The position numbers and the translations under genes were made by a program. From a virus (lineage: Duplodnaviria; Caudoviricetes): a stretch of 42,508 nt of DNA. Positions 17,853-27,942 of the stretch are shown piece after piece. Every line of letters begins with the position of its first letter. Positions within the stretch are counted from its first letter, which is position 1. The notes below the pieces were generated by a model. The model saw only the letters and a program-made list of their open reading frames with translations. It was not told where the DNA came from and did not search any database. The stretch covers positions 1 to 42,508 of IMG/VR virus record IMGVR_UViG_3300024275_000013; one strand, 5' to 3'.

Positions 17853-18064
17853 CGATTTCTGAGCGTCTCGCAGACGCCAATCAGCGCAGCGTGAAGCTGT
17901 ATTTGCAACGCACACAGATTGAAGAACAGAAGCAGATGCTGCAAGCGCAGGGACAGCAACTTGTCGGACAGGGCATGGCCGTGGACCGTGAACTGCTGAA
18001 ACTGGACGGCGAGATTGATCTGCTGACCAAGATGCAAGCGGACGAAGCGAAGGCGGCTGAGTAG
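17849..18064 (+). CDS. Small coiled-coil protein
   Basis: GTGA overlap; Gln-rich heptads. Confidence 0.5.
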   Translation: MTISERLADANQRSVKLYLQRTQIEEQKQMLQAQGQQLVGQGMAVDRELLKLDGEIDLLTKMQADEAKAAE

Positions 18065-18630
18065 TGGCCAATAGTGTATGGCTCGGGCCGTTCGGGATGT
18101 CGTTCAACGGGTCTAGCTATACCTTCCCGTTTCCGGTCCTGTTACCGGATGGCACGGCGGCTGCGCCGAGTCTCGCGTTTGCGAGTGATGCAGGCACAAG
18201 TTCTGGCTGGGTAAAACAAAATGCTCAAACGTGGGCACTTGTCTCAAGTGCAACAGGTGTAATCACATTTTCATCTAACCCCGCTTCAGGAATTAGGATT
18301 AGTTCTAATCTTCCATTTTCATGGGCAAGTGGTGATACATTCACGACAGGCCCTGACGTGTTGCTGTTCCGTGATGCCGCCAACACCCTCGCCCTACGGA
18401 ACGGGACGAACGCGCAGCAATTCAATGTCGGCCCTGTGGGTAACTTAATCTCGCTGATTGGATCGGTTACTGGCGCGGCGTCCTATATCGAAGGCATTGA
18501 AGGCACCGCACCAGCCGCCGGAGCGGCGAACACTGGGCGTATTTTCTTTCAAGATAACGGCGGAGGAAAGACACAGCTCATGGTGATTTTCAATTCAGGC
18601 GCGGCTCAACAGATCGCGTTACAGCCATGA
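18064..18630 (+). CDS. Tail fibre/spike-like protein
   Basis: 'DGTAAAPSLAFASD' and 'LFRDAANTLALRNGTNAQ' fibre-type motifs. Confidence 0.6.
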   Translation: MANSVWLGPFGMSFNGSSYTFPFPVLLPDGTAAAPSLAFASDAGTSSGWVKQNAQTWALVSSATGVITFSSNPASGIRISSNLPFSWASGDTFTTGPDVLLFRDAANTLALRNGTNAQQFNVGPVGNLISLIGSVTGAASYIEGIEGTAPAAGAANTGRIFFQDNGGGKTQLMVIFNSGAAQQIALQP

Positions 18631-19085
18631 TGAGACTCCTGCTGACGTTGATCGTGGTGGCGACGTTCGTCCTTCCCGCGAAGGCGCAGATCGCGACGAA
18701 TAACGCGGTCTATGGGCGCGACGGCGTGAGTGCGCTGCTCGCCAAGTCACTAAATCAGAATTTCAATGTGACCAACACGGATACCGCCGTTACGGTGTCG
18801 GTGACGAAATATCTCGTGCGGCGCGTGACCGTCACGAACTGCTCGACCTCGTTCGGCGTCTCGCTGGCCACGGTGGGTGTATTCACAGGCGCGGGCGGCA
18901 CAGGCACGACGGTTGTCGCGCTCGGCACGCTGACGACCCTGACCGGGGCCACGAAGTATGTCGATCTCACCTTGGCGCTTACGGCGGATACGCTGACGGC
19001 GACCACGCTGTTTTTCCGTAACGGCGTCACCTTCGGATCGGCCGCGACGTGCGATATCTATCTCTTTGGTGATGTGCTGCCGTGA
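18627..19085 (+). CDS. Signal-peptide-bearing Thr-rich protein
   Basis: N-terminal hydrophobic stretch with AKA cleavage motif; beta-rich body. Confidence 0.55.
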   Translation: MMRLLLTLIVVATFVLPAKAQIATNNAVYGRDGVSALLAKSLNQNFNVTNTDTAVTVSVTKYLVRRVTVTNCSTSFGVSLATVGVFTGAGGTGTTVVALGTLTTLTGATKYVDLTLALTADTLTATTLFFRNGVTFGSAATCDIYLFGDVLP

Positions 19086-19100
19086 GGCGAGGCGATCCCC

Positions 19101-20573
19101 ATGCCGAGGTTTGATGAGTTCACGGGGGGATCGTATACCTCGCAAAGCAAGGTCACGGACGCCGAGCGCACGGTCAATTGGTTTCCTGAAACTTCCGAGA
19201 GCAAAGGCGCAGCCAGCCAGCAATCGCTCTATCCCACTCCAGGCTATAACCTCTTCTGTCGATTCCCGTCCATCGGATGCCGTGCCAGTTTTTCAATGGG
19301 CACGGGCGGAACGAGCATCAGCGGGCGCACGTTTGAAATCTACGGCGGAACGCTGTTCGAAGTTTTTGCCGATGGCACGTTCACGGCGAGAGGCACCGTT
19401 GCGGTCGATCATAATCCCGCGACGATCTGCTCCAATGGGGATGGTGGGTTTCAACTGTTCATCACCTCAGGGACGAACGGCTACAACTACGACCTGCTGA
19501 CCAATACACTGACGCAGATCGCCAGCTTGAACGGCGCGGCGACGATGGGCGGGCAATTGTATGGCTATTTCGTCGCGTTTGATGCCACGCTGAATCAGAT
19601 CCGCATTTCCAATTTGTTCGACGGCACGACGTGGGACCCGACGCAATTCCTCGCACGCACCATTGGCGCGGATCCGTGGACGGCCATGTTGGTGACACCC
19701 TACGGCCAGATTTTCCTGCCGGGGAGTCAGACGGGCGAATTCCTGTTCAACGCGGGCACATTCCCGTTTCCGTTCGCGCCTGATCCATCAGGGTTGATCG
19801 AGGAAGGCATCGCCGCGACATTCTCGGTGAAGCAGGCTGGCAAGTCTGTGACATGGTTGTCCACGAACAAGAATGGCGGCTATCAGGTCATGCGGGCGAG
19901 CGGATTTACCCCGCAGCGCATTTCCGATCATGGGCTGGAAGATAAGCTGGCGACGTTCCAGAACGTGAGTGACTTTACCGGCGAAACCTACGAAGATCGC
20001 GGCCACTCGTTTTTCATTCTCAATTCGGCGCTGAACAAATTTACCGCGTGCTACGACTTCAAGACGAACAAATGGCACGAGCGCCCGCTGTGGATTGAAG
20101 AGACGAACAGCGAAGATGCCGCGCACGCCGTGTTCCACTGCTTCGCGTTCGGCAAACATCTGATGGGCGACCGGACAACCGGGGCACTCTATGAGATGTC
20201 GAATGACTTCGGGACCGAAGTAGACGGGCGGGTGATCCGCCGCGTGCGCCGAGCGCCAGCCGTGTTGTCAGAGCAGCGGAGGCTCTTCTTCCCGCTCTTC
20301 CGCGTGCTGTTCCAGACGGGACTCGGGACACAGACCGGCCAAGGGGCGCTCCCTCGCGTCATGATGAGGAAATCGGACGACTGGGGGCAGACGTGGAGCA
20401 ATGAGCGGACGGCAAGCATCGGGCGCGTCGGGAAATACGGCTTAAAGGTCGACTTCTGGAATTGCGGGAGTGGACGCGGGCGCGTCTTTGAAATCACATA
20501 TACCGATCCGACCCCTGCACGCATCACGGATGCCTTCTTGCCTGGACTCGCGGAATCGACGGAAGCCGCATGA
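19101..20573 (+). CDS. Tail hub / packaged-DNA stabilization protein (P22 gp10-like)
   Basis: 'ERTVNWFPE...LYPTPG', beta-propeller-like body, 'SDDWGQTWSNER...GRVGKY...GSGRGRVFEI'. Confidence 0.85.
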   Translation: MPRFDEFTGGSYTSQSKVTDAERTVNWFPETSESKGAASQQSLYPTPGYNLFCRFPSIGCRASFSMGTGGTSISGRTFEIYGGTLFEVFADGTFTARGTVAVDHNPATICSNGDGGFQLFITSGTNGYNYDLLTNTLTQIASLNGAATMGGQLYGYFVAFDATLNQIRISNLFDGTTWDPTQFLARTIGADPWTAMLVTPYGQIFLPGSQTGEFLFNAGTFPFPFAPDPSGLIEEGIAATFSVKQAGKSVTWLSTNKNGGYQVMRASGFTPQRISDHGLEDKLATFQNVSDFTGETYEDRGHSFFILNSALNKFTACYDFKTNKWHERPLWIEETNSEDAAHAVFHCFAFGKHLMGDRTTGALYEMSNDFGTEVDGRVIRRVRRAPAVLSEQRRLFFPLFRVLFQTGLGTQTGQGALPRVMMRKSDDWGQTWSNERTASIGRVGKYGLKVDFWNCGSGRGRVFEITYTDPTPARITDAFLPGLAESTEAA

Positions 20574-21067
20574 GCACGCAATCCGCTGATTTCCCTGTTC
20601 GTGACGAAATTGCTGTTCCTGACAAAACGGACAACAACAAACTTAAAGTCGGCGATAAATGGAAAACATGGCTCAGGGACTTGCGAGCCGATGTGAATAC
20701 GTCCTCTGTGCTATTGGCTGGCGGCGCGATCACGTTGGCGAGCAAAAGCGCGGCGGTAGGCTTAACGCCGTTCGACACGGCTGGCCTTTCGTCGGGGCAG
20801 TATCGCGTCAGTGCCTTTACGCAGATCATCACGGCCGCGAGCATCAATAGCAGCGTGACGGTTAGTTTTACGTTCACGAAAAATACCGTGGCGTGTGTCG
20901 TGTCCGCGCCAGCGGTGACGAGCAATGACCCGACGCGGCCCGGATCGTGGTGTGGTCCGATCTCCATCGACGCTGGCACGCCGGTCAGTTACTCCATCGC
21001 GTATGTCTCCAATGCGGCGGGGGCCGTGTATTCGACGGACCTCACGCTTGAGCGGGTGAACGCATGA
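20570..21067 (+). CDS. Tail-associated protein
   Basis: Overlaps the gp10-like gene; N-terminal 'KWKTWLRDL' then beta-rich domain. Confidence 0.55.
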   Translation: MSTQSADFPVRDEIAVPDKTDNNKLKVGDKWKTWLRDLRADVNTSSVLLAGGAITLASKSAAVGLTPFDTAGLSSGQYRVSAFTQIITAASINSSVTVSFTFTKNTVACVVSAPAVTSNDPTRPGSWCGPISIDAGTPVSYSIAYVSNAAGAVYSTDLTLERVNA

Positions 21068-21429
21068 CGGCCCGAATCCTGACCCGTTCGGAGTGGTCAC
21101 GACTCGTCGGCACGGAAGCCGAAGCGCTGATTCCAGTGCTAACAGATGCGGCGCGGGTGATTGCTGTTGAGCACGACGGGCAGATCATCGCCTGTCAGGT
21201 GCTCCAGCCGATTTTGCACGCGGAAGGGATCTGGATTCACCCGGATCACCGGAAGCGCTCGAGCGCCGGGCGACGGTTGTGGAACATGGTAAAATCCACG
21301 GCACGCGATCATTTTGGGGTGCAGTGGATGGCGACAGGGTGTGCAAGCGCCGATGTCGAAAAGCTCCTCGTTCATGTCGGCGCGGTGAAATTGCCGGATC
21401 ATTACATGATTCCTGTGGGGGATGTCTAA
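21064..21429 (+). CDS. GNAT-fold acetyltransferase-like protein
   Basis: 'HAEGIWIHPDHRKRSSAGRRL' acetyl-CoA-binding motif A. Confidence 0.7.
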   Translation: MTARILTRSEWSRLVGTEAEALIPVLTDAARVIAVEHDGQIIACQVLQPILHAEGIWIHPDHRKRSSAGRRLWNMVKSTARDHFGVQWMATGCASADVEKLLVHVGAVKLPDHYMIPVGDV

Positions 21430-22143
21430 ATGCCTGCCGTGTTAGCGTTGCCGGCGTTTTGGGGCGCGGTAGCCGCCGGCACGGCTGGTGCCGCGACTGT
21501 CTACGGAGCGCACAAAGCCGGCGAAGCGAGCGACACGGCAGCGGCGACCTCGGCGGCCGCGAACAAAGCCGCGATTGAAGAGCAGCAGCGCCAAGACGCC
21601 ATCCAGAAGCAGGAATTTGACCAGCAACAGGCGGCCGCGAAAGCTCAATGGGACGCCCAACAGCAGATCCGAGCACCCTATCGACAGGCGGGAAGCGCGG
21701 CGCTGTCCAGCCTTGGCGGTATCCTTGGGGTAGACTTCGGCTCCGGTGGCGGCGGTGCGCCGTCAGGAACACAGCCAGCATCATCAGCGAGCGGCCCTAT
21801 GCCCTCTGGCATCGATTGGACAGCCCCGCCGGACCAGTTAGGCCAGAGTCTCACAAACTACTTCCAGAAGGCCGGTGTGTCGCCCACAGAGGTGCCCTAC
21901 TGGGTTGGGAAGGCTGGCGAGCTCGTCGCCCGTGGGAAGGAAATCGGCGATCCGAACTACGCCAACAAGCGACTCGCCGCGGCGGATATCTTCGGCGGGG
22001 CGCGTGGCGGCACGACGCCGATTTCCGCGGTGATGCCGCGCTCGCTCGCCCCGCCGATGTTGCAAGCTGGTGCGCCGATGAATGCCTTGGCTCCATCCTA
22101 CGGTCAGGTTGTGCCGATTAGTTCGTTAATGGGAGGGGCATAG
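21430..22143 (+). CDS. DNA ejection/pilot protein (gp7-like)
   Basis: Hydrophobic Gly/Ala N-terminus, Gln-rich helix, 'APYRQAGSAAL' motif. Confidence 0.7.
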   Translation: MPAVLALPAFWGAVAAGTAGAATVYGAHKAGEASDTAAATSAAANKAAIEEQQRQDAIQKQEFDQQQAAAKAQWDAQQQIRAPYRQAGSAALSSLGGILGVDFGSGGGGAPSGTQPASSASGPMPSGIDWTAPPDQLGQSLTNYFQKAGVSPTEVPYWVGKAGELVARGKEIGDPNYANKRLAAADIFGGARGGTTPISAVMPRSLAPPMLQAGAPMNALAPSYGQVVPISSLMGGA

Positions 22144-23036
22144 TGCAATTCGATCCCAACGACGAACTCACGAATCCGTATAGTCCACAACCGCAGCCGC
22201 AAGCTGCAGCGAAGATTACCGGACCCGTTACGGACCCGAACGATCCGCGGCTCGCAGATCCCGCCTATGCGAGCGATCCAGAAGTGCTCGCGTTCCTGAA
22301 TGCACGCTATGGACCGGGCGGGACGGCGTTCGCGCCGCCGACCGCGGCCTCAACGTGGAATCCGCAGGCGCAAGCATGGAATCCAGATACAGGCGGCGGA
22401 TCGAATGGTCCCGGCCCTGGCGGTGGACCTGCACCGGGCGGCGCGGCGAGCGGCGCAACGGGAACATCGCCGTTTCCGACCTTCACCGCGCCGGGTTTTA
22501 CGCCGCAGACGGGTATCGGTGCGCCATCACCTTACACGTTCACACCGTTTAGTTATCAGGATTTCCACGCGCCGACATTGGAAGAAGCAGCAGCGCAACC
22601 GGGCTATCAATTCGGCCTGAAGCAAGGGCAGGACGCGCTCCAGAATTCCGCGGCGGCTCGAGGCACGCTCCGCGGCGGCGGGACGCTCAAGGATCTGTTT
22701 GGCTACACCAACGCCGCAGCCGAACAAAACTACGGCAACGTGTTCAACCAGAACAAGAGCGTTTACGACACCAACCGGGATAACGCCTTCGGAACATGGG
22801 CGGCGAATACGGGCGCAGGACTCGGCGCGTATAACACGAATTGGGGCGTGGCCAAGGACGTGAACGCGAGCGGGAACGCTGCGAACCAGCAGAATTACTT
22901 GAACAGCTTCCAGAATGCCGGGGCGGAATTTAATCCGCTGTTCCAAGCCTCAACGCTCACGTTTCAAGACGCCTATCAGCGTTGGCGCGATAAGCTGAAT
23001 TCTCTGACTGATATTTATAAGTCGGGAGCGCAGTAA
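22143..23036 (+). CDS. DNA ejection protein
   Basis: 'PGYQFGLKQGQDALQNSAAARG.L.GG.TLKDL' motif typical of podovirus internal proteins. Confidence 0.7.
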   Translation: MQFDPNDELTNPYSPQPQPQAAAKITGPVTDPNDPRLADPAYASDPEVLAFLNARYGPGGTAFAPPTAASTWNPQAQAWNPDTGGGSNGPGPGGGPAPGGAASGATGTSPFPTFTAPGFTPQTGIGAPSPYTFTPFSYQDFHAPTLEEAAAQPGYQFGLKQGQDALQNSAAARGTLRGGGTLKDLFGYTNAAAEQNYGNVFNQNKSVYDTNRDNAFGTWAANTGAGLGAYNTNWGVAKDVNASGNAANQQNYLNSFQNAGAEFNPLFQASTLTFQDAYQRWRDKLNSLTDIYKSGAQ

Positions 23037-24872
23037 ATGCCGTTTACAGTGCCATACGCGCCGCAGGAGCGATACGCCCCTAACGGCAGATTGGTGGATC
23101 TGATCCGTCTACAAGGGCAGGATGCCGCACGCGCCGCCGAGATCCGCGGCCAGCAGCAAGCGCAACTGTGGGGAGGCGTCGGCAACACGATCGGCAACGT
23201 CGCCAATACCGTGCTGCAAGCGACTGATCCTCAGCGGAAGGTCGAAGCGGCGCGAGCGCAGATGGTGCAGGGCCAAGTCGCCGATGCGAACGCGCTCCGC
23301 GCTGGACAAGGCAAAGTCGATGCGATGATGGCCGGCGATCAGTTGCCGGCTGGCGACACTGGGCCGCGACAGGAAAGCTATCTCACGGATGACGGGCTTT
23401 ATGACATTCCAAAGCTCAATAAGAGCTTGGCGGCTGCGTGGATTGGTCATCTTGCGCCTGAACTGCTGAAGCATGCGGAGGATTTGAACGCTTCGATTAC
23501 AACCGCGCAGCAGCACGATCAGCAAGCCGCACAGAGCAAAGCGATCATGCTCGGCTATATGGCGAGCGGCGCGCTCAAACTCCATCAGGCGGTCGGCATG
23601 CCGCTGGATGGCGCGATTGAATTCGTGGCCCGGCCCGGACTCGCCGCTAAACAGATCAAGCCGGAAGAACTCGCCGGATTCAAGGCGCAGATCGGCCAAC
23701 TTCCACCGGATCAGCAGGTGGGGGCGCTGCAACAGATCATGGACCATGCAGCGGAGATCGCTCCGAAGAAATCGCTGAGCAAGGATGCGATTGAAACGGA
23801 TATTTTTGGCAGGACAGCCGCGTCCAATATCGTGCCCGACAAAAAGCCCGACTACACGATCAACGGGCAACGGTTCAACGGAGCGACCAATCAGCCGATT
23901 GGTAATCAAGTCGCGCCGATTGCCGCGCCAGCGCCCGCACAAACGCACACGATGCGCCTGAAAGGCGTGGGCGATGTTCCGGTCGATTATGTGCCGAACA
24001 AAGATGGCTCCGGTGGGAAGTGGATGTATCAGGGCAAGGATGTCACCGGGCAATTGACGGCGATTCCATCGGCCGCGATCACGATCCACAACGATCAGGC
24101 GAAGGGGCTCAATCTCCCGTCGTGGGCGACCGATGCGTCTCGGCCAGTCGGACCAGAGGCCAACACGCCGGACCCGTCGATCAAGATGACGCCGAACGGG
24201 CTTCATCAGGCCGCGCAGACATTTATCGCAAGTGGACAGTATCCGCCGACAGGCCGCGGAAGCGATCCGATCGCGGTCGCCCAGCGTGAAGCGATCACAT
24301 CCAAGGTTGGTGCAATCGCTGCTGATGCCGGCATGGACGTGCCGACATTACGCGCCTTCTACCGATCGAATGCGGCATCGCTCGGCCAGCAACAGAAAGC
24401 GTTCGATGCGGCGTCGGTGGCTATCTCGAAGGCAGATCGTGACGTGGACCTACTCGAGAAGGTGCTACCAAAGATCGGCGACACCGGATCGCCACTGTTC
24501 AATAAGCCGCTTCGCAGTTTCGAGAAGGATGTCGCTGGCAATGAGGATATGTCGGAATTCGTCACGCGGCTCCGTTCCGTGCAGAACGAATACACCCGTA
24601 TTCTGAATGCCTCGTTGACGGGAAGCGGCGGCGGCGTGATGTCCGACAGCGCGAGGCATGAAACCGATCAACTGCTCGATCCGAAGGCGACGGTCGGGCA
24701 GATGTTGCGTTCGATTGCCGCGCTGAAGTCTGAAGGCGGAAACCGCTTGCTCTCGCAAGGCGAACAGATCCAGCGCATTCAGAAGCGGATGCAGGGTGGC
24801 CCACAAGGCGCGACCAACACGCCGACAACCACTCCGATTAAAGTCGGCGGGTTTACCGTCGTGGTGAAGTAA
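23037..24872 (+). CDS. Large DNA ejection / internal virion protein
   Basis: 611 aa, Ala/Gln-rich and helical, following the other ejection genes. Confidence 0.65.
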   Translation: MPFTVPYAPQERYAPNGRLVDLIRLQGQDAARAAEIRGQQQAQLWGGVGNTIGNVANTVLQATDPQRKVEAARAQMVQGQVADANALRAGQGKVDAMMAGDQLPAGDTGPRQESYLTDDGLYDIPKLNKSLAAAWIGHLAPELLKHAEDLNASITTAQQHDQQAAQSKAIMLGYMASGALKLHQAVGMPLDGAIEFVARPGLAAKQIKPEELAGFKAQIGQLPPDQQVGALQQIMDHAAEIAPKKSLSKDAIETDIFGRTAASNIVPDKKPDYTINGQRFNGATNQPIGNQVAPIAAPAPAQTHTMRLKGVGDVPVDYVPNKDGSGGKWMYQGKDVTGQLTAIPSAAITIHNDQAKGLNLPSWATDASRPVGPEANTPDPSIKMTPNGLHQAAQTFIASGQYPPTGRGSDPIAVAQREAITSKVGAIAADAGMDVPTLRAFYRSNAASLGQQQKAFDAASVAISKADRDVDLLEKVLPKIGDTGSPLFNKPLRSFEKDVAGNEDMSEFVTRLRSVQNEYTRILNASLTGSGGGVMSDSARHETDQLLDPKATVGQMLRSIAALKSEGGNRLLSQGEQIQRIQKRMQGGPQGATNTPTTTPIKVGGFTVVVK

Positions 24873-25543
24873 TGCCACAGACCATGACGGTTACGGCACC
24901 GAACGGAAAGACGCTGGAAATAACGGGCGAGCGCGTGCCTACGGAATCTGAACTGCACGACATTTTCAAGCAGGCTGGCGTCGATACCGAATCGCAGTCA
25001 GCGGAGAGCAAGTCGGAACCATTCGTCCCTAAGACGGCCGGCGAGTTTGTCCGTCGTATGGGCAATGCTGCTCTTGACGTGCCGATCGGCGCTGCGAAGA
25101 ATCTCGGACGTGCCGTGGAGATGGTCCCAGGCTTTGCAGAGGGAACGGATCTGATGTTTGGTCTGCCAGCAGGAGCCTCACGGCAGGCGATGCAACCATC
25201 GAATCCGACGCAAACGGCTGGCGGTTACGTTGGTGATGCGGCACTATTAGCGGCCACTGGCGGCGCGGAAGCGGGCGCACCGATTCTCAGCAAGACGGCG
25301 GGGTATATCTCCAATCCGACCGTGGCCGAGCGCGGCCTTGAAGCGGCAAAAGGCGCGGCGAGTTTCGGCGCGGATACTGTTGCGGCGGTTCGCTCGCAAT
25401 TGACGAGCGGTGGGCCGATCACAGCCGATAAGGTCGGTGGACTCATCGTGAAATACGGAAAAGAAGCCGTGAAACTTGCGCTCGTCGGTATCGGCGGTGG
25501 GGCTGGCTATGAAGCGTGGCGCGCTGTGAGGCACCTCTTCTAA
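24872..25543 (+). CDS. Putative ejection / internal virion protein
   Basis: N-terminal 'VTAPNGKTLEITG..PTE.EL' motif; Gly/Ala-rich body. Confidence 0.6.
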   Translation: MPQTMTVTAPNGKTLEITGERVPTESELHDIFKQAGVDTESQSAESKSEPFVPKTAGEFVRRMGNAALDVPIGAAKNLGRAVEMVPGFAEGTDLMFGLPAGASRQAMQPSNPTQTAGGYVGDAALLAATGGAEAGAPILSKTAGYISNPTVAERGLEAAKGAASFGADTVAAVRSQLTSGGPITADKVGGLIVKYGKEAVKLALVGIGGGAGYEAWRAVRHLF

Positions 25544-27078
25544 TGGCGACCTATACGCTAGTCCCTCTCCCACGATTAGGCATCCTGCCAGAAGGCGGGA
25601 TGTTGATCTATACGTATGCCGCAGGCGGCACAACACCCGCCGTCACGTATACAGACTCCAACGGCAGCGCGACGAATACTAACCCTGTTGTTGCGGATGG
25701 GAATGGACTCTTCCCCGCGATCTATTTGCCGCTCGGCACCAGCTATAAATTCGTCTGCACACACGCGGTCACGAACGGTGTAGCGGCGAATCCGATCTCT
25801 AATCTTGGCGTCACGATCTGGACACAAGATGGCATCGCGTCGGTTCCGGCCTCGTCTCCAGCGCTCGACATCGCCGGCACGGCAGGTGAAGCACTGCTCG
25901 CCAATGCGAATGTCTATTTGTCCGATGGGTCAGGCGGCAAGATCGCGGGCCTCTGGTATAACGCGGACAAAACGAATCCCTACAGCTCCATCGCGTTTTG
26001 GGTGGGCTTTGCAACCACAGCCACGGCCAGCGGCATGGCGGTCACGGTGCGTGTCGGTGGGAGTCTCAGCGGCTTCACCGCGCTCACCGTCGGCGCGAAA
26101 TATTACGTCGGCACCACAGGTGTGCCGAGCACCTCACCCGGTCCCAATATCCGCGTGGTCGGTCAAGCGGATACCACGACCTCGATGGTCATCGACGGCA
26201 ATCCGCCGCGAGGTTATCAACCGTATCTGAACGAATTCAGACTCACGCCGAGCACGGGCGTGCCCTACCCCGCTGGCGATGTCACCGCGGCCACAACGTT
26301 ATTCTGCACGCCGGCCGGGAACGGGAATCGCATTACGTTGTTCGATACGGCAGGCACGCCGACAACCGTGCAATCGGCAGAATTCAGCATCGCGGTTCCA
26401 GCCACGACGGCCACGCTGTATTCCGTGTTCGTGTTCCTCAATAGCGGCGTGCCCGCGCTCGAGCTCGCCGCGTGGACGAATGACACGACTCCAGGGACAG
26501 CGGCATTCAGCATTTCGGCTACGCTCGGCGTCGAAACGAAAACCGGCGATCTGAGCCGTCTGTATGTCGGGCTCATGCGAACGACGGGATCATCGGGGCA
26601 GACCGAATCGTCGGCGCTGAAGCGCTACATCTGGAACAAATACAACCAAGTGACGTTGCCGCTGCGCTTCGTGCTGGCGACGAATTCGTATCAATACACG
26701 ACGGCGACGTTCAGGCAGATGGAAGGCGTGGCGACGAATCAGCTTGACTACGTGATCGGCGCACAAGGGCGCGTGGTGGAATCGTTCCTGCAGACATCGG
26801 CGCAGAATGATCAGGCAATCGGCACGGTGTTCCTCGTTGTGGCCATCGGGGAAGATTCCACGACGACGCCATCGACCAACTGTATCCGTCCGCAGGTCTA
26901 TACGTGGACCGCGAACGTGATCGGCACGGTTATGGCATCGCTGAAAACCGTGCCCGCCATCGGCCGGCATACGCTGGTGCCGTTGGAGTATTCGTCGGCT
27001 GTAGGCACCACGACATGGTTCGGGGATAACGGGGCGCTCTTGCTGCAAACCGGCATTCAGGGCTCGTATCTCGGCTAA
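25543..27078 (+). CDS. Tail fibre / tailspike with N-terminal head-binding domain
   Basis: 'IYTYAAGGTTP..TYTD....NTNPVVADGNG' resembles the P22-like head-binding domain; beta-rich remainder. Confidence 0.75.
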   Translation: MATYTLVPLPRLGILPEGGMLIYTYAAGGTTPAVTYTDSNGSATNTNPVVADGNGLFPAIYLPLGTSYKFVCTHAVTNGVAANPISNLGVTIWTQDGIASVPASSPALDIAGTAGEALLANANVYLSDGSGGKIAGLWYNADKTNPYSSIAFWVGFATTATASGMAVTVRVGGSLSGFTALTVGAKYYVGTTGVPSTSPGPNIRVVGQADTTTSMVIDGNPPRGYQPYLNEFRLTPSTGVPYPAGDVTAATTLFCTPAGNGNRITLFDTAGTPTTVQSAEFSIAVPATTATLYSVFVFLNSGVPALELAAWTNDTTPGTAAFSISATLGVETKTGDLSRLYVGLMRTTGSSGQTESSALKRYIWNKYNQVTLPLRFVLATNSYQYTTATFRQMEGVATNQLDYVIGAQGRVVESFLQTSAQNDQAIGTVFLVVAIGEDSTTTPSTNCIRPQVYTWTANVIGTVMASLKTVPAIGRHTLVPLEYSSAVGTTTWFGDNGALLLQTGIQGSYLG

Positions 27079-27087
27079 GGAGAACTG

Positions 27088-27282
27088 ATGGACATTACGA
27101 CCATTGTGATGGCGCTGCTCGTGTTCGCGCTCCTAGGGTTCCTGTGTTATCTGATCGTGACTTACATTCCGATGCCGGAACCCTTTAAACAGGTGATCAT
27201 TGTCGTGCTCGTGATTCTGATCATTCTGTATCTGCTCGGGATGGTGACTGGACATGCATCGTTGCCGTTGCTGCGTCGGTGA
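27088..27282 (+). CDS. Small two-TM membrane protein (Thivi_2564-like), possible holin
   Basis: Two hydrophobic helices around 'YIPMPEPFK'; AGGAG SD. Confidence 0.65.
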   Translation: MDITTIVMALLVFALLGFLCYLIVTYIPMPEPFKQVIIVVLVILIILYLLGMVTGHASLPLLRR

Positions 27283-27716
27283 CTTCGATTCTTAACTATG
27301 ACGGAGACGCCCACATTGGGCGCGAGGGCTTTTGGGCTCATGGTGAAGTGACCCCGCTACGGGACGATCAGCAACGGCGTTCTACTGACGCCACGAAACT
27401 GACTTTCCCGTTACCGCTCATGGCGGCGATCGTCGGCGGGTTGATCACCATCGCCTTAACGGTGTCTGGAGCATTTTGGATTGCTACGTCCACGCTACGA
27501 TCCGACGTGCGCGACATTTTGACGCGCATGGAGATGCAGGCACGCACCGAAGTGGAGAAGTCGGAAACGCAGAAGATGCGTGATGCCGCGCTCCGCGATC
27601 AGATGAGCGTGCTCTCTACGCAGATCAGCGCCGCGGAACGCCGTCAAGAATTACTCCGCCTGGAATTTCAGCAACTTCGTGAACAGGTGCTTTTTAAAAC
27701 GAAAGGCGTGAAGTAA
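27279..27716 (+). CDS. Membrane-anchored coiled-coil protein
   Basis: One TM segment then heptads; start codon uncertain. Confidence 0.55.
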   Translation: MTSILNYDGDAHIGREGFWAHGEVTPLRDDQQRRSTDATKLTFPLPLMAAIVGGLITIALTVSGAFWIATSTLRSDVRDILTRMEMQARTEVEKSETQKMRDAALRDQMSVLSTQISAAERRQELLRLEFQQLREQVLFKTKGVK

Positions 27717-27940
27717 TGGACCCGATCTTGAACTGCCTGACGGGCGTGTGTTGCCCACCGGAACAGCAGCGCGTCGTGCTGGCGGAAGCGTTCCAGAACT
27801 ATTGCGGACTCGATAAGGCCGGCGCGGCCAAGGCGGCGCACTGGATGCTCGACACCTTCGATCTCGCGGAGGCGGGAAGCCTCGTGGAATTCAAAGCCTC
27901 GATTGCACGGCTGGCGCGCGGTCCGAAATACGGCGCATAA
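27716..27940 (+). CDS. Hypothetical protein
   Basis: TAATG overlap; 'CLTGVCCPP'. Confidence 0.55.
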   Translation: MDPILNCLTGVCCPPEQQRVVLAEAFQNYCGLDKAGAAKAAHWMLDTFDLAEAGSLVEFKASIARLARGPKYGA

Positions 27941-27942
27941 GC

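Noticed and set aside
18211-18340. Low-GC patch as a diversity-generating retroelement variable region
   Set aside because: No reverse transcriptase, and I saw no template-repeat copy in the window
23109-24206. 365-aa minus-strand ORF, and similar long antisense ORFs at 12254-13120, 9398-10084 and 2402-3082
   Set aside because: Shadow frames of high-GC + strand genes; Arg-rich with no recognisable motifs
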